A DNA stretch of 51,237 nt from the NCBI GenBank assembly GCA_018263355.1, contig JAANXH010000045.1, positions 1-51,237 on the forward strand, read 5' to 3'. This stretch comes from Candidatus Woesearchaeota archaeon. Its GTDB lineage: Archaea > Nanobdellota > Nanobdellia > Woesearchaeales > JAGVZT01. Below are positions 7,749 through 17,385 of the stretch, piece after piece; the first letter of the stretch is position 1, and every line of letters begins with the position of its first letter. A program made the position numbers and the translations under genes. The notes below the pieces were generated by a model. The model did no database searches. It was not told where the DNA came from and was given only the letters and a program-made list of their open reading frames with translations.

Positions 7749-9237
7749 TATAATTTTGGTTTTAGGAGATGAATTTTATGATCACCCTCTTTGTGGTGCT
7801 GCTATTATTAAAAGAGTTTTAGAAGATAAAGGCTACTCTGTGGGTGTAATAGATAGGGTAACTAAGGAAGCAGATGTGAAATTTCTTGGAAAGCCAAATT
7901 TATTTTTTGGTGTAAGTTCTGGAAGTGTTGATTCTATGGTTCGAAATTATACTCCTTTAAAAAAACCAAGAGTAGAGGATAAGCATCTGGATTATGATCA
8001 GTTAGTTAAAGATAGAGCTGATATTGTTTTGAGTAATTGGATTAAGAAAAATTTTAAGGATTCTATTATTGTGCTAGGAGGAGTTGAAGCTACTCTTAGG
8101 AGGTTTACTCACTATGATTACTGGGAAAACAGGCTAAGAAGACCGATTTTACTAGATTCTAGAGCTGATGTTTTGGTTTATGGTTGTGGTGAAAAGCAGA
8201 TTATTGAGATTGCGGCAAGAATTAAAGCTAATAAAAACTTGCAGGGCATTGGTGGAACTTGCATTGTTAGTCGAGAATTGCCAGAAAACTTTGTAAAGTT
8301 ACCTAGTCACAAACAGGTTTTAGAGTCAAAAGAAAAGTTTTGTGATATGCATATGCTGTTTTCAAATAATGAAAATCTTGCAGAGCCTGTTTTAAATCAA
8401 TATGTGCTCCAGTATAAACTCCCAGCATATACTACAAAAGATTTGGATTACTATTACTCTCTAGATTATTCAAGAGATGTTCCAAAAAGACTTAGGGGAT
8501 TTCAATTTAGTGTTGTAACTCATAGAGGCTGCTATGGTGGATGTAATTTTTGCTCTATTAAACTTACTCAGGGGGACAGAATTGTTTCCCGTTCGGAAAA
8601 ATCAATTCTTGAGGAAATTAAAAAACTGACAAAACATCCTCAGTTTAGAAGCCAGGTTGATGATTTGACTGGTCCAACTGTAAATATGTATGGTACTGAT
8701 TGTGACAAGTGCAGAAAGGATTGTATGTCCTGCCCAACATTGGACAGATCTCATAAAAAATTATTATCTTTACTTAGACGAGCTAGAAAGATTAAAGGAG
8801 TTAAGAAAGTAAATATTAAAAGTGGAATTGGATATCGGCTTTGCACTCCTGAACTAATAAAGGAGTTAGTGGATTTTCATAATTTCAGTACTTTGAGAAT
8901 TGCTCCTGAACATGTAAATAAAAAAGTGCTTAAGCTCATGAATAAACAGGGAGATTTTCCAAAATTTCTAAAAGAGTTTAAAAAAATTGCTCCTGAAGAT
9001 AGATTATCTTATTATTTTATTACTGCTCATCCTGGTTCTACAAAAAAAGATGCAAAAGAACTAGCAGAAGCTGTATCTAAGCTTACACATAAAGACCACG
9101 TACAGGTATTTACTCCAACTCCTATGAGCATTTCTACTTGTATGTATTATACTGGTATGAATCCAAAGACAAAGAAGAAAATTTTCGTTCCATATAAGTA
9201 TTCAGAGAAAAAAAAGCAGAAAAGAATAATATATTGA
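7738..9237 (+). CDS. YgiQ-family radical SAM protein
   Basis: DSMVRNYT, EATLRRFTHYDYW, CYGGCNFC and QVFTPTP...STCMYYTG. Confidence 0.92.
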   Translation: MKYDIILVLGDEFYDHPLCGAAIIKRVLEDKGYSVGVIDRVTKEADVKFLGKPNLFFGVSSGSVDSMVRNYTPLKKPRVEDKHLDYDQLVKDRADIVLSNWIKKNFKDSIIVLGGVEATLRRFTHYDYWENRLRRPILLDSRADVLVYGCGEKQIIEIAARIKANKNLQGIGGTCIVSRELPENFVKLPSHKQVLESKEKFCDMHMLFSNNENLAEPVLNQYVLQYKLPAYTTKDLDYYYSLDYSRDVPKRLRGFQFSVVTHRGCYGGCNFCSIKLTQGDRIVSRSEKSILEEIKKLTKHPQFRSQVDDLTGPTVNMYGTDCDKCRKDCMSCPTLDRSHKKLLSLLRRARKIKGVKKVNIKSGIGYRLCTPELIKELVDFHNFSTLRIAPEHVNKKVLKLMNKQGDFPKFLKEFKKIAPEDRLSYYFITAHPGSTKKDAKELAEAVSKLTHKDHVQVFTPTPMSISTCMYYTGMNPKTKKKIFVPYKYSEKKKQKRIIY

Positions 9238-9380
9238 CTACCCTCATTTAAATCTCTAATTGTACAACATTAAATTGTGTTAATTAACTCTTTCCGCGAG
9301 ATCTGGATTTCCCTACCCTCTAAGTTCTTCTTGTATTTTTTCCACCATATTTGGTGGCAACTCAAGATTGTAATTGATAT

Positions 9381-9731
9381 TTATTCATTAATAAAAAACT
9401 TATCTATGAACCAGTCTATCTGATTTTCTTTATCCATATCATAGAAATGAAAATTCTGTATATTTTCTGGGTCTCCTGTTGTCCTTTGAAAATATCTTAA
9501 AAGCACAAAATTGTAAAACTGAAGAAACTGAGCATTTTTTAGAGCTTTATTACTAAGATCCCTTTCTGATTGGATAAATGTCTGCAAATAAAAAGAGTTC
9601 TGCGCAGTTTGGTGTCCCAGATAGTTAATAAACTGAGCAGGAGTATGAAATGAACCCCAGTGCTCTGCATTTTCAACCACTGCCTCCAAAGGCAGACCTT
9701 CCAATACCTCACTTCCAGTTAAATCATGCAT
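9381..9731 (-). CDS. Hypothetical protein
   Basis: 116-aa ATG ORF co-oriented with its neighbours; no recognisable motif. Confidence 0.55.
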   Translation of the reverse strand: MHDLTGSEVLEGLPLEAVVENAEHWGSFHTPAQFINYLGHQTAQNSFYLQTFIQSERDLSNKALKNAQFLQFYNFVLLRYFQRTTGDPENIQNFHFYDMDKENQIDWFIDKFFINE

Positions 9732-9756
9732 TGTAAATAGAAATTAAACCAAGTAT

Positions 9757-10332
9757 TTATGTTTTATTTAATTTTCTAATAAAAATCTCTAGTTGGGCTT
9801 CCAAATCCCTTGAAGAATCAATTACCATATGATTTTTCCATTTAATTGGTTTCCACCAGGACTTCATTTGTTGATGGATATCCCATCTTGATTGTTTATC
9901 ACCAACCATTCTTTTCTGTTCATGAGGATTTTCAAAAATTCTTTTTTTAACAATATTTGAAGGACATTTTATTTCAAGTATCCAAAGGTTTACTTTTTTT
10001 GCATATTTGTAAAACATTTTCCTTGAGTCTAAAAGATCAAAACAAGTATCTAAAAGTATCACTCTTTTTTTGTATAATTTACCAAATAAGCTATTGAATC
10101 TTCTGTCAATCTCCACAATCTTTGCCTGGTGTGTTTCTAATCTTATCTTGGTTTGTTCTTCTGGGGACAGATCTAGGTAATTGGGATGTTTTTTTTGGTA
10201 GTTTTTGGAAAATAAATCAGAGTCAAACCAATGCACATTCCAGCCATGTTTCTTTAACTTTGATTCTAAAATCCTCATTGCATAGCTTTTTCCTACTCCT
10301 GGAAGTCCTGCTGTAATGATCAATTCTTTCAT
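9757..10332 (-). CDS. P-loop kinase (AAA_33-like)
   Basis: GLPGVGKS Walker A and ILLD Walker B. Confidence 0.8.
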   Translation of the reverse strand: MKELIITAGLPGVGKSYAMRILESKLKKHGWNVHWFDSDLFSKNYQKKHPNYLDLSPEEQTKIRLETHQAKIVEIDRRFNSLFGKLYKKRVILLDTCFDLLDSRKMFYKYAKKVNLWILEIKCPSNIVKKRIFENPHEQKRMVGDKQSRWDIHQQMKSWWKPIKWKNHMVIDSSRDLEAQLEIFIRKLNKT

Positions 10333-10364
10333 TTTCTGCAAATCTGTTAAGTTTTAAAATTATA

Positions 10365-10970
10365 TTATTGTCTCAATCTTACATCCTTCTCACTTGAAAC
10401 ACTACTAATAATCAGATAAACTATTCTCATTATTATTTCAAGACCCATAGCTAATAAGAAATAATATAGCAGCATTCTCCAGTGAGAGGGTACTTTCATT
10501 AAGGTATCCCATGATTCTGCAAATGAGACAAATGTTGAGTCAACAATATATACCCCAAGCAGGGCCAAAGGCAATAGTTTTGCTAGGTCCACAGACAGAT
10601 TCTCATTATAATATGCTGAAATTCTTATAGCTGCAACAACTGCCATTGATGATAAGATCAGATTCTGGATTATAAGCTGTTCTGATAAAAAAGTCAGCAA
10701 GGTTAAAAGTACTCCAAACCAAATAAATGTAAGTATTGGGACTAATAAAATGTATTGGATAAGATAAAAAATAACACGTAATAGTTTTTTAAAAAACGGC
10801 TGCTGTGCTTCATTGTATTTGTTAAGATCAAAATTTATTACATCTCTTTTAGCTAAAAACTTGTAAAAATGAAAAATGAAGATTGCATACAATGCAATAC
10901 CAATTACATAAATAACCAAAGGCTGCAGTATTGTGTATGCTTCTTGATAGCTTAATTGCAATGATATCAT
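10365..10970 (-). CDS. Integral membrane protein of unknown function
   Basis: Several hydrophobic segments; RISAYYNE..S.DLAK..P motif. Confidence 0.8.
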   Translation of the reverse strand: MISLQLSYQEAYTILQPLVIYVIGIALYAIFIFHFYKFLAKRDVINFDLNKYNEAQQPFFKKLLRVIFYLIQYILLVPILTFIWFGVLLTLLTFLSEQLIIQNLILSSMAVVAAIRISAYYNENLSVDLAKLLPLALLGVYIVDSTFVSFAESWDTLMKVPSHWRMLLYYFLLAMGLEIIMRIVYLIISSVSSEKDVRLRQ

Positions 10971-11301
10971 TTAGTTTTCCTTATTAAAATTTATATTTAA
11001 ATGTTTGCTATAGCACTCGTACACTTTTTTAGTCTAAGTTGCACCTATAGTATCCTGCTAAAATATTAATTAATGCAAAAAGGTATATTCAAACTTAGTT
11101 AATGGAAAAACCAAAGCATTTAAAAAAGGCGACTGATTACGGTTTTGTATCGGGAACTTAAAACTTTATGAGAAAATCAAAAAAGCTGTTTCTGAATTAC
11201 AAAAAATTGTCTGATGGTAACACATCACTTAAAAAATCAATTTTTTGGTTGAAAATCTCTTTGAGGAGATTTTACAATAAAATTAATGGAGGGAAATAAA
11301 T

Positions 11302-11496
11302 ATGGAAGGAACTGTAAAATTTTTCAACAGCATGAGAGGATTTGGTTTCATTGCTGCAGATGACGGAGAAGAGTACTTTGTACACCAGACTGGATTAACA
11401 GAAGGAACTGTTATTGCAGAAGGAGATAAAGTTACTTTTGACATTGAAGAAGGCGATAGAGGACCAAAAGCTGCTAATGTTCAAAAGGTTGAATAA
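11302..11496 (+). CDS. csp: Cold-shock domain protein
   Basis: GTVKFFN...GFGFI...FVH (RNP1/RNP2); GGAGG RBS. Confidence 0.95.
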   Translation: MEGTVKFFNSMRGFGFIAADDGEEYFVHQTGLTEGTVIAEGDKVTFDIEEGDRGPKAANVQKVE

Positions 11497-11925
11497 ATGG
11501 CTGTAAAGAAAGGAGATAAAGTCAAAGTTGAATATACAGGAACATTGGAAGATGGTACTGTATTTGACTCTTCTGAAAAACACAACCAGCCTCTTGAATT
11601 TGAGGTTGGTTCAGGTCAGATTATCCAAGGTTTGGATAAAGCTATTATTGGAATGAAAAAAGACGAAGAAAAGGAAGTCAAGATCAAGCCAGAACAGGCT
11701 TATGGACAACCTAATCCTGAGTTAGTAAGAGTAGTTCCAAAAGAACAACTGCCTCTTGAAAAAGAGCCAAAAAAAGGTATGGTTTTGATTATGGCACTTC
11801 CAAATGGACAACAAATGCCAGTCACTATTACAAAAGTTAGTGATAAGGAAGTAACACTGGATCTGAATCATCCTTTAGCCGGAAAAACCTTAAACTTCAA
11901 AGTTAAGATTATTGAAGTAGCTTAA
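11497..11925 (+). CDS. FKBP-type peptidyl-prolyl isomerase (SlyD-like)
   Basis: YTGTLEDGTVFDSS and DLNHPLAGKTLNF. Confidence 0.95.
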   Translation: MAVKKGDKVKVEYTGTLEDGTVFDSSEKHNQPLEFEVGSGQIIQGLDKAIIGMKKDEEKEVKIKPEQAYGQPNPELVRVVPKEQLPLEKEPKKGMVLIMALPNGQQMPVTITKVSDKEVTLDLNHPLAGKTLNFKVKIIEVA

Positions 11926-12098
11926 AATTTAAGCCAATCAATAATAAATGCTTTTTCTTATTTTTTATTTCTAAATTTTTCATATTTGATAATTACTTAT
12001 ATTTACAAATTTTATGTTGAGTATTAAAGATACTTAATCGCAATAATCTTTATAAAAGCAAACAGCCCACCTTTACAAAAAGCAATGAGGTGCAATTT

Positions 12099-14711
12099 AT
12101 GAAATATGTTTATTATTTTGGTGAAGGAAAAAAAGGTATGAAGGATATTTTAGGAGGTAAGGGTTTAAATTTAGGTGTTATGACTAATATTGGTATTCCT
12201 GTTCCACCGGGTTTTACAATAACTACACAAGCTTGTAAAAAGATAAATGAGAATAATAAATGGCCGGAAGGTCTAAAAAAAGAGTTAGATGAAAATATTG
12301 CCAGACTTCAAGAAGAGATGCAACAAAAATTATCTGATGATAACTATCCTTTACTCTTATCAGTGCGTTCTGGTGCAGCAGTTTCTATGCCAGGTATGAT
12401 GGATACGGTTCTTAATCTTGGTATGAATGATAAAACAGTAAAAGTAATTGCAAACAAGACAGACAACCCAAGATTTGCATGGGATTCTTACAGAAGATTT
12501 ATCCAGATGTTTGGAAATGTTGTAATGGGAATCAAGCACCATTATTTTGAAGAAGTGTTAGATAATGTTAAGGAGACCAAAGGTGTTAAGTTTGATACTG
12601 AACTTGAGATAGAGGATCTAAAAAAAGTAGTTAAGGATTATAAGAAAGTAGTTGCAGAGCATGCAGGAAAGGATTTTCCTCAGGATCCACACAAACAATT
12701 AGAAATGTCTATTGATGCAGTTTTTGGTTCATGGGATAATAAAAGAGCAATTTCTTATAGAAGAATTAACAACATCAAAGGTTTAATTGGAACTGCAGTC
12801 AATATCCAGACAATGGTTTTTGGGAATATGGGGGATGATTCTGGTACAGGTGTATTGTTTACAAGAAATCCTGCTAATGGTGAGAAAGAGTTTTATGGTG
12901 AGTTTTTGATGAATGCTCAAGGAGAAGATGTTGTTGCAGGAATTAGAACTCCCAAAGATATAAAAAAATTAAAGCAAATCAATCAAGATGTTTATGACGA
13001 GCTTGTTGAGATTTATGAAAAGGTTGAACATTATTACAAAGATATGCAGGATATGGAATTTACGATTCAGAAAGGTAAATTGTATATTTTACAGACAAGA
13101 ACTGGAAAAAGAACAGCACAAGCTGCTGTCAAGATTGCCGTTGATATGGTCAACGAAGAGCTTATTGATAAAAAACAGGCAATATTAAGAATAGATCCAG
13201 ATCAGCTTGATCAATTACTTCACAAGCAGATTGATGAGTTGGCAAAGAAAAAACATGAAGTTTTAGCTAAAGGTCTTCCAGCTAGTCCTGGTGCTGCTGT
13301 GGGAGAAGTTGTTTTTGATGCAGACACAGCATTTGAATGGACAAAACAAGGTAAAGATGTTGTGCTTGTAAGAGTTGAAACCAGTCCTGAGGATATTGAA
13401 GGCATGAATGCTGCAAAAGGAGTTTTAACTGCAAGAGGAGGCATGACCAGTCATGCTGCGGTTGTTGCAAGAGGTATGGGTAAATGCTGTGTTGCAGGCT
13501 GCGGAGATATTGATATTGATTATGAAAATTCTCAGTTTACAGTAAATAATACTATTGTTCAACAAGGAGATTATATTACTCTAGATGGTGGAACTGGTGA
13601 ACTATTCAAAGGGAGATTACCAGTTAAGGATCCTGAAGTTGGAGGTAGTTTTGCAACCATAATGAAGTGGGCAGATGAATTTAGAAAGATTGGTGTGAGA
13701 ACTAATGCAGATATTCCAAGAGATGCAAAAGTAGCTCTTGAGTTTGGAGCTGAAGGTATAGGTCTTTGCAGAACAGAACATATGTTTTTTGAAGGCGAAA
13801 GAATAAAGCATGTCAGAAAAATGATTTTGGCAGATAATGAAACTGCAAGAAAAAAAGCACTTGATAATTTATTGCCATATCAAAAATCAGATTTTAAAGG
13901 TTTGTTTGAGGTTATGGGAGAAAAACCAGTTGTTATTAGAACATTAGACCCACCACTGCATGAATTTTTGCCTAAAAAAGAGGAAGATATTGAATTGATT
14001 GCAAAGGAGATGCAGGTAAGTGTTGAAAAGATTAAGGCATCTATCTCTGATTTGCATGAGTTTAATCCAATGCTTGGCCATCGTGGGTGCAGGCTTGGAA
14101 TTACTTATCCAGAGATTACTGCTATGCAGGCAAGAGCAATTGTTGAAGCAGCTTGCGAGGTTTCAAAAGAAAATGATCTTGAGGTTAAAGCAGAAATTAT
14201 GATTCCCTTAGTTGGGAATGTAAAAGAACTTGCAGATCAAAAAAAGGTTGTGCAAAATGTAATTGACAACACCTTGGAAAAATTTGATATGGATCTGCAT
14301 ATTATGATTGGAACAATGATTGAAATTCCAAGAGCTGCAATTACTGCAGACGAAATTGCAAAGCAAGCAGAGTTTTTCAGTTTTGGAACAAATGACCTAA
14401 CTCAGATGACGTGCGGTTTTTCAAGAGATGATGCTGGAAAGTTTTTAAAAGAGTATGTGCAAAAGGGAATTTATTCAAGAGATCCTTTCCAAGTGCTTGA
14501 TCAAGATGGTGTTGGAAAAATTATGACTATTGCTGTTGAAAAAGGAAGAAAAACCAATCCAAAGATTGAACTTGGTATTTGTGGTGAACATGGAGGAGAA
14601 CCTTCAAGTGTAATATTCAGTCATAAGATTGGACTTGATTATGTGAGTTGTTCTCCTTACAGAGTGCCAATTGCAAGACTTGCCGCAGCACATGCAGTGC
14701 TTAAGAAATAG
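12099..14711 (+). CDS. ppdK: Pyruvate, phosphate dikinase
   Basis: LGGKG, SVRSGA..SMPGMMDT, GGMTSHAAVVAR (phospho-His) and GLCRTEHMF; GAGGTG RBS before ATG 12099. Confidence 0.97.
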   Translation: MKYVYYFGEGKKGMKDILGGKGLNLGVMTNIGIPVPPGFTITTQACKKINENNKWPEGLKKELDENIARLQEEMQQKLSDDNYPLLLSVRSGAAVSMPGMMDTVLNLGMNDKTVKVIANKTDNPRFAWDSYRRFIQMFGNVVMGIKHHYFEEVLDNVKETKGVKFDTELEIEDLKKVVKDYKKVVAEHAGKDFPQDPHKQLEMSIDAVFGSWDNKRAISYRRINNIKGLIGTAVNIQTMVFGNMGDDSGTGVLFTRNPANGEKEFYGEFLMNAQGEDVVAGIRTPKDIKKLKQINQDVYDELVEIYEKVEHYYKDMQDMEFTIQKGKLYILQTRTGKRTAQAAVKIAVDMVNEELIDKKQAILRIDPDQLDQLLHKQIDELAKKKHEVLAKGLPASPGAAVGEVVFDADTAFEWTKQGKDVVLVRVETSPEDIEGMNAAKGVLTARGGMTSHAAVVARGMGKCCVAGCGDIDIDYENSQFTVNNTIVQQGDYITLDGGTGELFKGRLPVKDPEVGGSFATIMKWADEFRKIGVRTNADIPRDAKVALEFGAEGIGLCRTEHMFFEGERIKHVRKMILADNETARKKALDNLLPYQKSDFKGLFEVMGEKPVVIRTLDPPLHEFLPKKEEDIELIAKEMQVSVEKIKASISDLHEFNPMLGHRGCRLGITYPEITAMQARAIVEAACEVSKENDLEVKAEIMIPLVGNVKELADQKKVVQNVIDNTLEKFDMDLHIMIGTMIEIPRAAITADEIAKQAEFFSFGTNDLTQMTCGFSRDDAGKFLKEYVQKGIYSRDPFQVLDQDGVGKIMTIAVEKGRKTNPKIELGICGEHGGEPSSVIFSHKIGLDYVSCSPYRVPIARLAAAHAVLKK

Positions 14712-14885
14712 AATTTATTTTTTCTTTTTTGATTTATTTAATACAAACTCAACAAGAACTAAAACAGGTCTTTTAATTGGGGTTACACCCCTCGACCCCT
14801 CTATTTTCTTATCCACTCGAAAAGATTCCAAGTTTTCTTGGGAAATACTTAAATTTATCTTGTTTTAATATATATTTGGAAAGGT

Positions 14886-14912
14886 TTTTATACTAGGTAA
14901 GATTTGTCTTAC
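14886..14912 (+). promoter_or_regulatory. TATA box plus inverted-repeat operator of the toxin-antitoxin operon
   Basis: TTTTATA followed by GTAAGA-TTTG-TCTTAC just before the antitoxin start. Confidence 0.55.
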
Positions 14913-14925
14913 TTGGTGAAGAAAC

Positions 14926-15192
14926 ATGGATATTGGGTTAACAAAAATGAGTTCAAAAGGACAAATTGTGATTCCAGCGGATATGCGTGATGAGATTGAA
15001 GTAGGCGAAAAGCTTATTGTGATTAAGAACAAAGGACAGCTTATCTTGAAAAAGGCAACTGAGTTAAGTGAACAGTTTCTAGATGATCTTGAATTTGCTC
15101 GTCAGACAGAAGAAGCTTACAAAGCATATGAACGTGGTGAGTTTAAATCAATGGATGCTGATGAATTCTTGAAAGAGTTGGAGAAATGGTAG
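14926..15192 (+). CDS. AbrB/MazE-type antitoxin
   Basis: KMSSKGQIVIPADMR AbrB motif, acidic C-terminus, overlaps the toxin gene. Confidence 0.88.
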   Translation: MDIGLTKMSSKGQIVIPADMRDEIEVGEKLIVIKNKGQLILKKATELSEQFLDDLEFARQTEEAYKAYERGEFKSMDADEFLKELEKW

Positions 15193-15428
15193 AACTTTAT
15201 TATGATGATTTTTTTTTGAAAAGATATAGTAAGATAAAGAATAAAGCTTTTAAGAAAAAAATTAAAAAACAAATTGCTAAGATTATAAAAAATCCAGAAA
15301 CTGGGAAGCCAATGAGCTATTCTCGTAAGGGCACCCGTGAAGTGTATGTTGGATCTTATAGGATTTCTTATTCATATTCAAAAGATAAGATTGTGTTGCT
15401 TAATCTATATCATAAGAATAAGCAGTGA
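15186..15428 (+). CDS. RelE/ParE-family toxin
   Basis: Basic 80-aa protein, NPETGKPM...RE..VG.YRI.Y...YHK; coupled to the antitoxin. Confidence 0.85.
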   Translation: MVELYYDDFFLKRYSKIKNKAFKKKIKKQIAKIIKNPETGKPMSYSRKGTREVYVGSYRISYSYSKDKIVLLNLYHKNKQ

Positions 15429-15471
15429 TTAGAATTTGTTTCTTATGTTTTTAATCAGAACATTCTTGACC

Positions 15472-15636
15472 TTATTCATAATCAAATTTAGGAGGTTCAT
15501 ACTCCTCTAATTTCTTCTTTTCAAGTTTTGGAAATTCATAATCTGGTAAGTCTGGTTCTTCCATCTCGGCGAGTTTCCTCTTTCTGGGTTTTGGAAACTT
15601 TTTCTTTTTAGGTTCTACAAAATCATCAACTGACAT
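15472..15636 (-). CDS. Small charged hypothetical protein
   Basis: MSVDDFVEPKKKKFP..., 54 aa, with a TATA-like element about 25 nt upstream. Confidence 0.55.
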   Translation of the reverse strand: MSVDDFVEPKKKKFPKPRKRKLAEMEEPDLPDYEFPKLEKKKLEEYEPPKFDYE

Positions 15637-15709
15637 ATTAAGTAGAAACTGGTTTATCTTTAAATGAATTTTGAATAAAAAAAAAGAGTACAATTAGTAT
15701 AGATTCTAA

Positions 15710-15748
15710 TTACCAATCATCGTCATCCCAATCTTCATCATATCTCAT
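15710..15748 (-). CDS. 12-aa acidic microprotein MRYDEDWDDDDW
   Basis: AGGAGGTG RBS upstream, CTTAAATA TATA box further upstream, T-run terminator downstream. Confidence 0.55.
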   Translation of the reverse strand: MRYDEDWDDDDW

Positions 15749-15887
15749 GCAAAACACCTCCTTCTGGTAGGAATCAGCCCATTATCTCATAGGTTGTATT
15801 TAAGGTTTTCTTTTTTTTATAGAATTTTTGTCATAAAGATGAGATTATCATAATATTTATATATGCTTTAGAAATACTGTTTACAAG

Positions 15888-16084
15888 CCCCTCTTAGCTC
15901 AACCGCAGAGCGCTCGGCTGTAGATGCAGAAAGAGGTTCTATTAAGAAACAATGAAATTCTGCCAGCCGTGACCGAGAGGTTCCCAGTTCAAACGACCTT
16001 TTACCGCTAACGCTTAAAAGCTCGACCAAAAAGAGGAGTCTTGGCTTCGCCAATCCTCGGGTCTTGGAAGTCTGGGAGAGGGGA
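15888..16084 (+). tRNA. tRNA-Tyr(GTA) with two introns (37/38: 15924-15971; T-loop 59/60: ~15994-16070)
   Basis: C1-G72 acceptor CCCCTCT/AGAGGGG-A; anticodon stem CTCGG/CCGAG with GTA at 15920-15922; T-stem CCCAG/CTGGG; BHB-like junctions. Confidence 0.9.
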
Positions 16085-16089
16085 TTTTT

Positions 16090-16437
16090 TTATAATTTAC
16101 ATTCTTTACAATTCGTGCTCTGACACAAATTATTTGTTTTTTTCCAGTTTATTGCCCAGGTTTTTATTTGTTTTAATATATTAATAAATTCCTCTCCGGA
16201 TTTTGTCAAAGAATACTCGCATTTTATTGGTACTGTTGAAGAATCAACTTTTTTATTTACCATATCTTTTTTTATTAGCTCAGATAAACGTAAAGATAGC
16301 ATTTTTGGAGTTATTTTTGGTATTTTTTCCTCAATTTCATTGTATCTTTTTTTACCTTTGTATAACTCCATTAAGATTAGCAAGGTCCATTTTTTGCCAA
16401 TTATGTCTGCTGTCTGATAAATTGCGCACTTTTCCAT
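16090..16437 (-). CDS. HxlR-family winged-helix regulator with a Cys-rich C-terminus
   Basis: C...ADIIGKKWTLLIL, ITPKMLS.RL.EL and EYSLT..G. Confidence 0.9.
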   Translation of the reverse strand: MEKCAIYQTADIIGKKWTLLILMELYKGKKRYNEIEEKIPKITPKMLSLRLSELIKKDMVNKKVDSSTVPIKCEYSLTKSGEEFINILKQIKTWAINWKKTNNLCQSTNCKECKL

Positions 16438-16469
16438 ACTATAGTTTTTGAAACCAACTATTATTTATA

Positions 16470-16490
16470 TAACTATCTATTTTATAGTTA
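16470..16490. promoter_or_regulatory. Candidate HxlR operator
   Basis: TAACTAT-N7-ATAGTTA inverted repeat in the divergent intergenic region. Confidence 0.5.
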
Positions 16491-16517
16491 ATATACTAAA
16501 TATATCGAGGTGGAAAA

Positions 16518-17348
16518 ATGGTTTTAAGAGAAATTATCACAATTGATGAGGATTTATGCACTGGATGTGGAGACTGTGTTCCTGCATGTCCAGAAGGAGC
16601 CATTCAGATAATAGATGGGAAAGCAAGATTAGTAAGTGATTTACTTTGTGATGGGTTAGGTGCATGTATTGGGCATTGTCCAGAAGATGCTATAACTGTT
16701 GAAAAAAGAGAGGCAGAACCATATGATGAAAAAAAAGTGATGGAAAGTATTGTAAAACAAGGAGAAAACACGATCAGAGCTCACCTACAGCATCTCAAAG
16801 ACCATAATCAACAGGAGTTTTTTGATCAAGCTATTCTATTTCTTAAAGATAATGAGATTGATATTCCGGATTTAAAAGAACCAGGTGATGTTCCTTGTGG
16901 ATGTCCAGGATCCCAAATAATGGATTTTGAAGATACAAAAGAAAAGCAACTTCCTAAGGGTAGTATGCCTTCTCAGCTAAGGCAGTGGCCAGTGCAGCTT
17001 CATCTAGTTCCTCCACGGGCACCTTATTTTTCTGGCCAAGATGTTTTACTTGCCGCAGATTGTGTGGCTTATTCTCTTGGAGATTTTCATAAACATTTAA
17101 AATCAAAGAGCTTGGCAATTGCTTGCCCTAAATTAGACTCTAACCAAGAGGTCTATGTTAATAAACTAAGAGCTTTGATAGACAATGCAAAAATTAACAC
17201 TTTAACTGTAATGATAATGCAAGTGCCATGTTGTTCTGGATTATTAACACTGGCAAAAAAAGCAGCAGAAAACGCTGAAAGAAAGATTCCAATTAAAAAA
17301 ATTGTTGTTGGAATTAAAGGAAATATAATTAATGAAAGCTGGATGTAG
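16518..17348 (+). CDS. 4Fe-4S ferredoxin-domain protein
   Basis: CTGCGDCVPACP, CDGLGACIGHCP, CGCPGS, QWPVQL, ACPKLD and VPCCSG. Confidence 0.9.
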   Translation: MVLREIITIDEDLCTGCGDCVPACPEGAIQIIDGKARLVSDLLCDGLGACIGHCPEDAITVEKREAEPYDEKKVMESIVKQGENTIRAHLQHLKDHNQQEFFDQAILFLKDNEIDIPDLKEPGDVPCGCPGSQIMDFEDTKEKQLPKGSMPSQLRQWPVQLHLVPPRAPYFSGQDVLLAADCVAYSLGDFHKHLKSKSLAIACPKLDSNQEVYVNKLRALIDNAKINTLTVMIMQVPCCSGLLTLAKKAAENAERKIPIKKIVVGIKGNIINESWM

Positions 17349-17385
17349 AAACGTTTAAAAACAAATCCCCCCAATTTAGTAATTA

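Noticed and set aside
15868-16053. 61-aa ORFs at 15868-16053 (-) and 40364-40549 (+)
   Set aside because: They overlap intron-containing tRNA genes.
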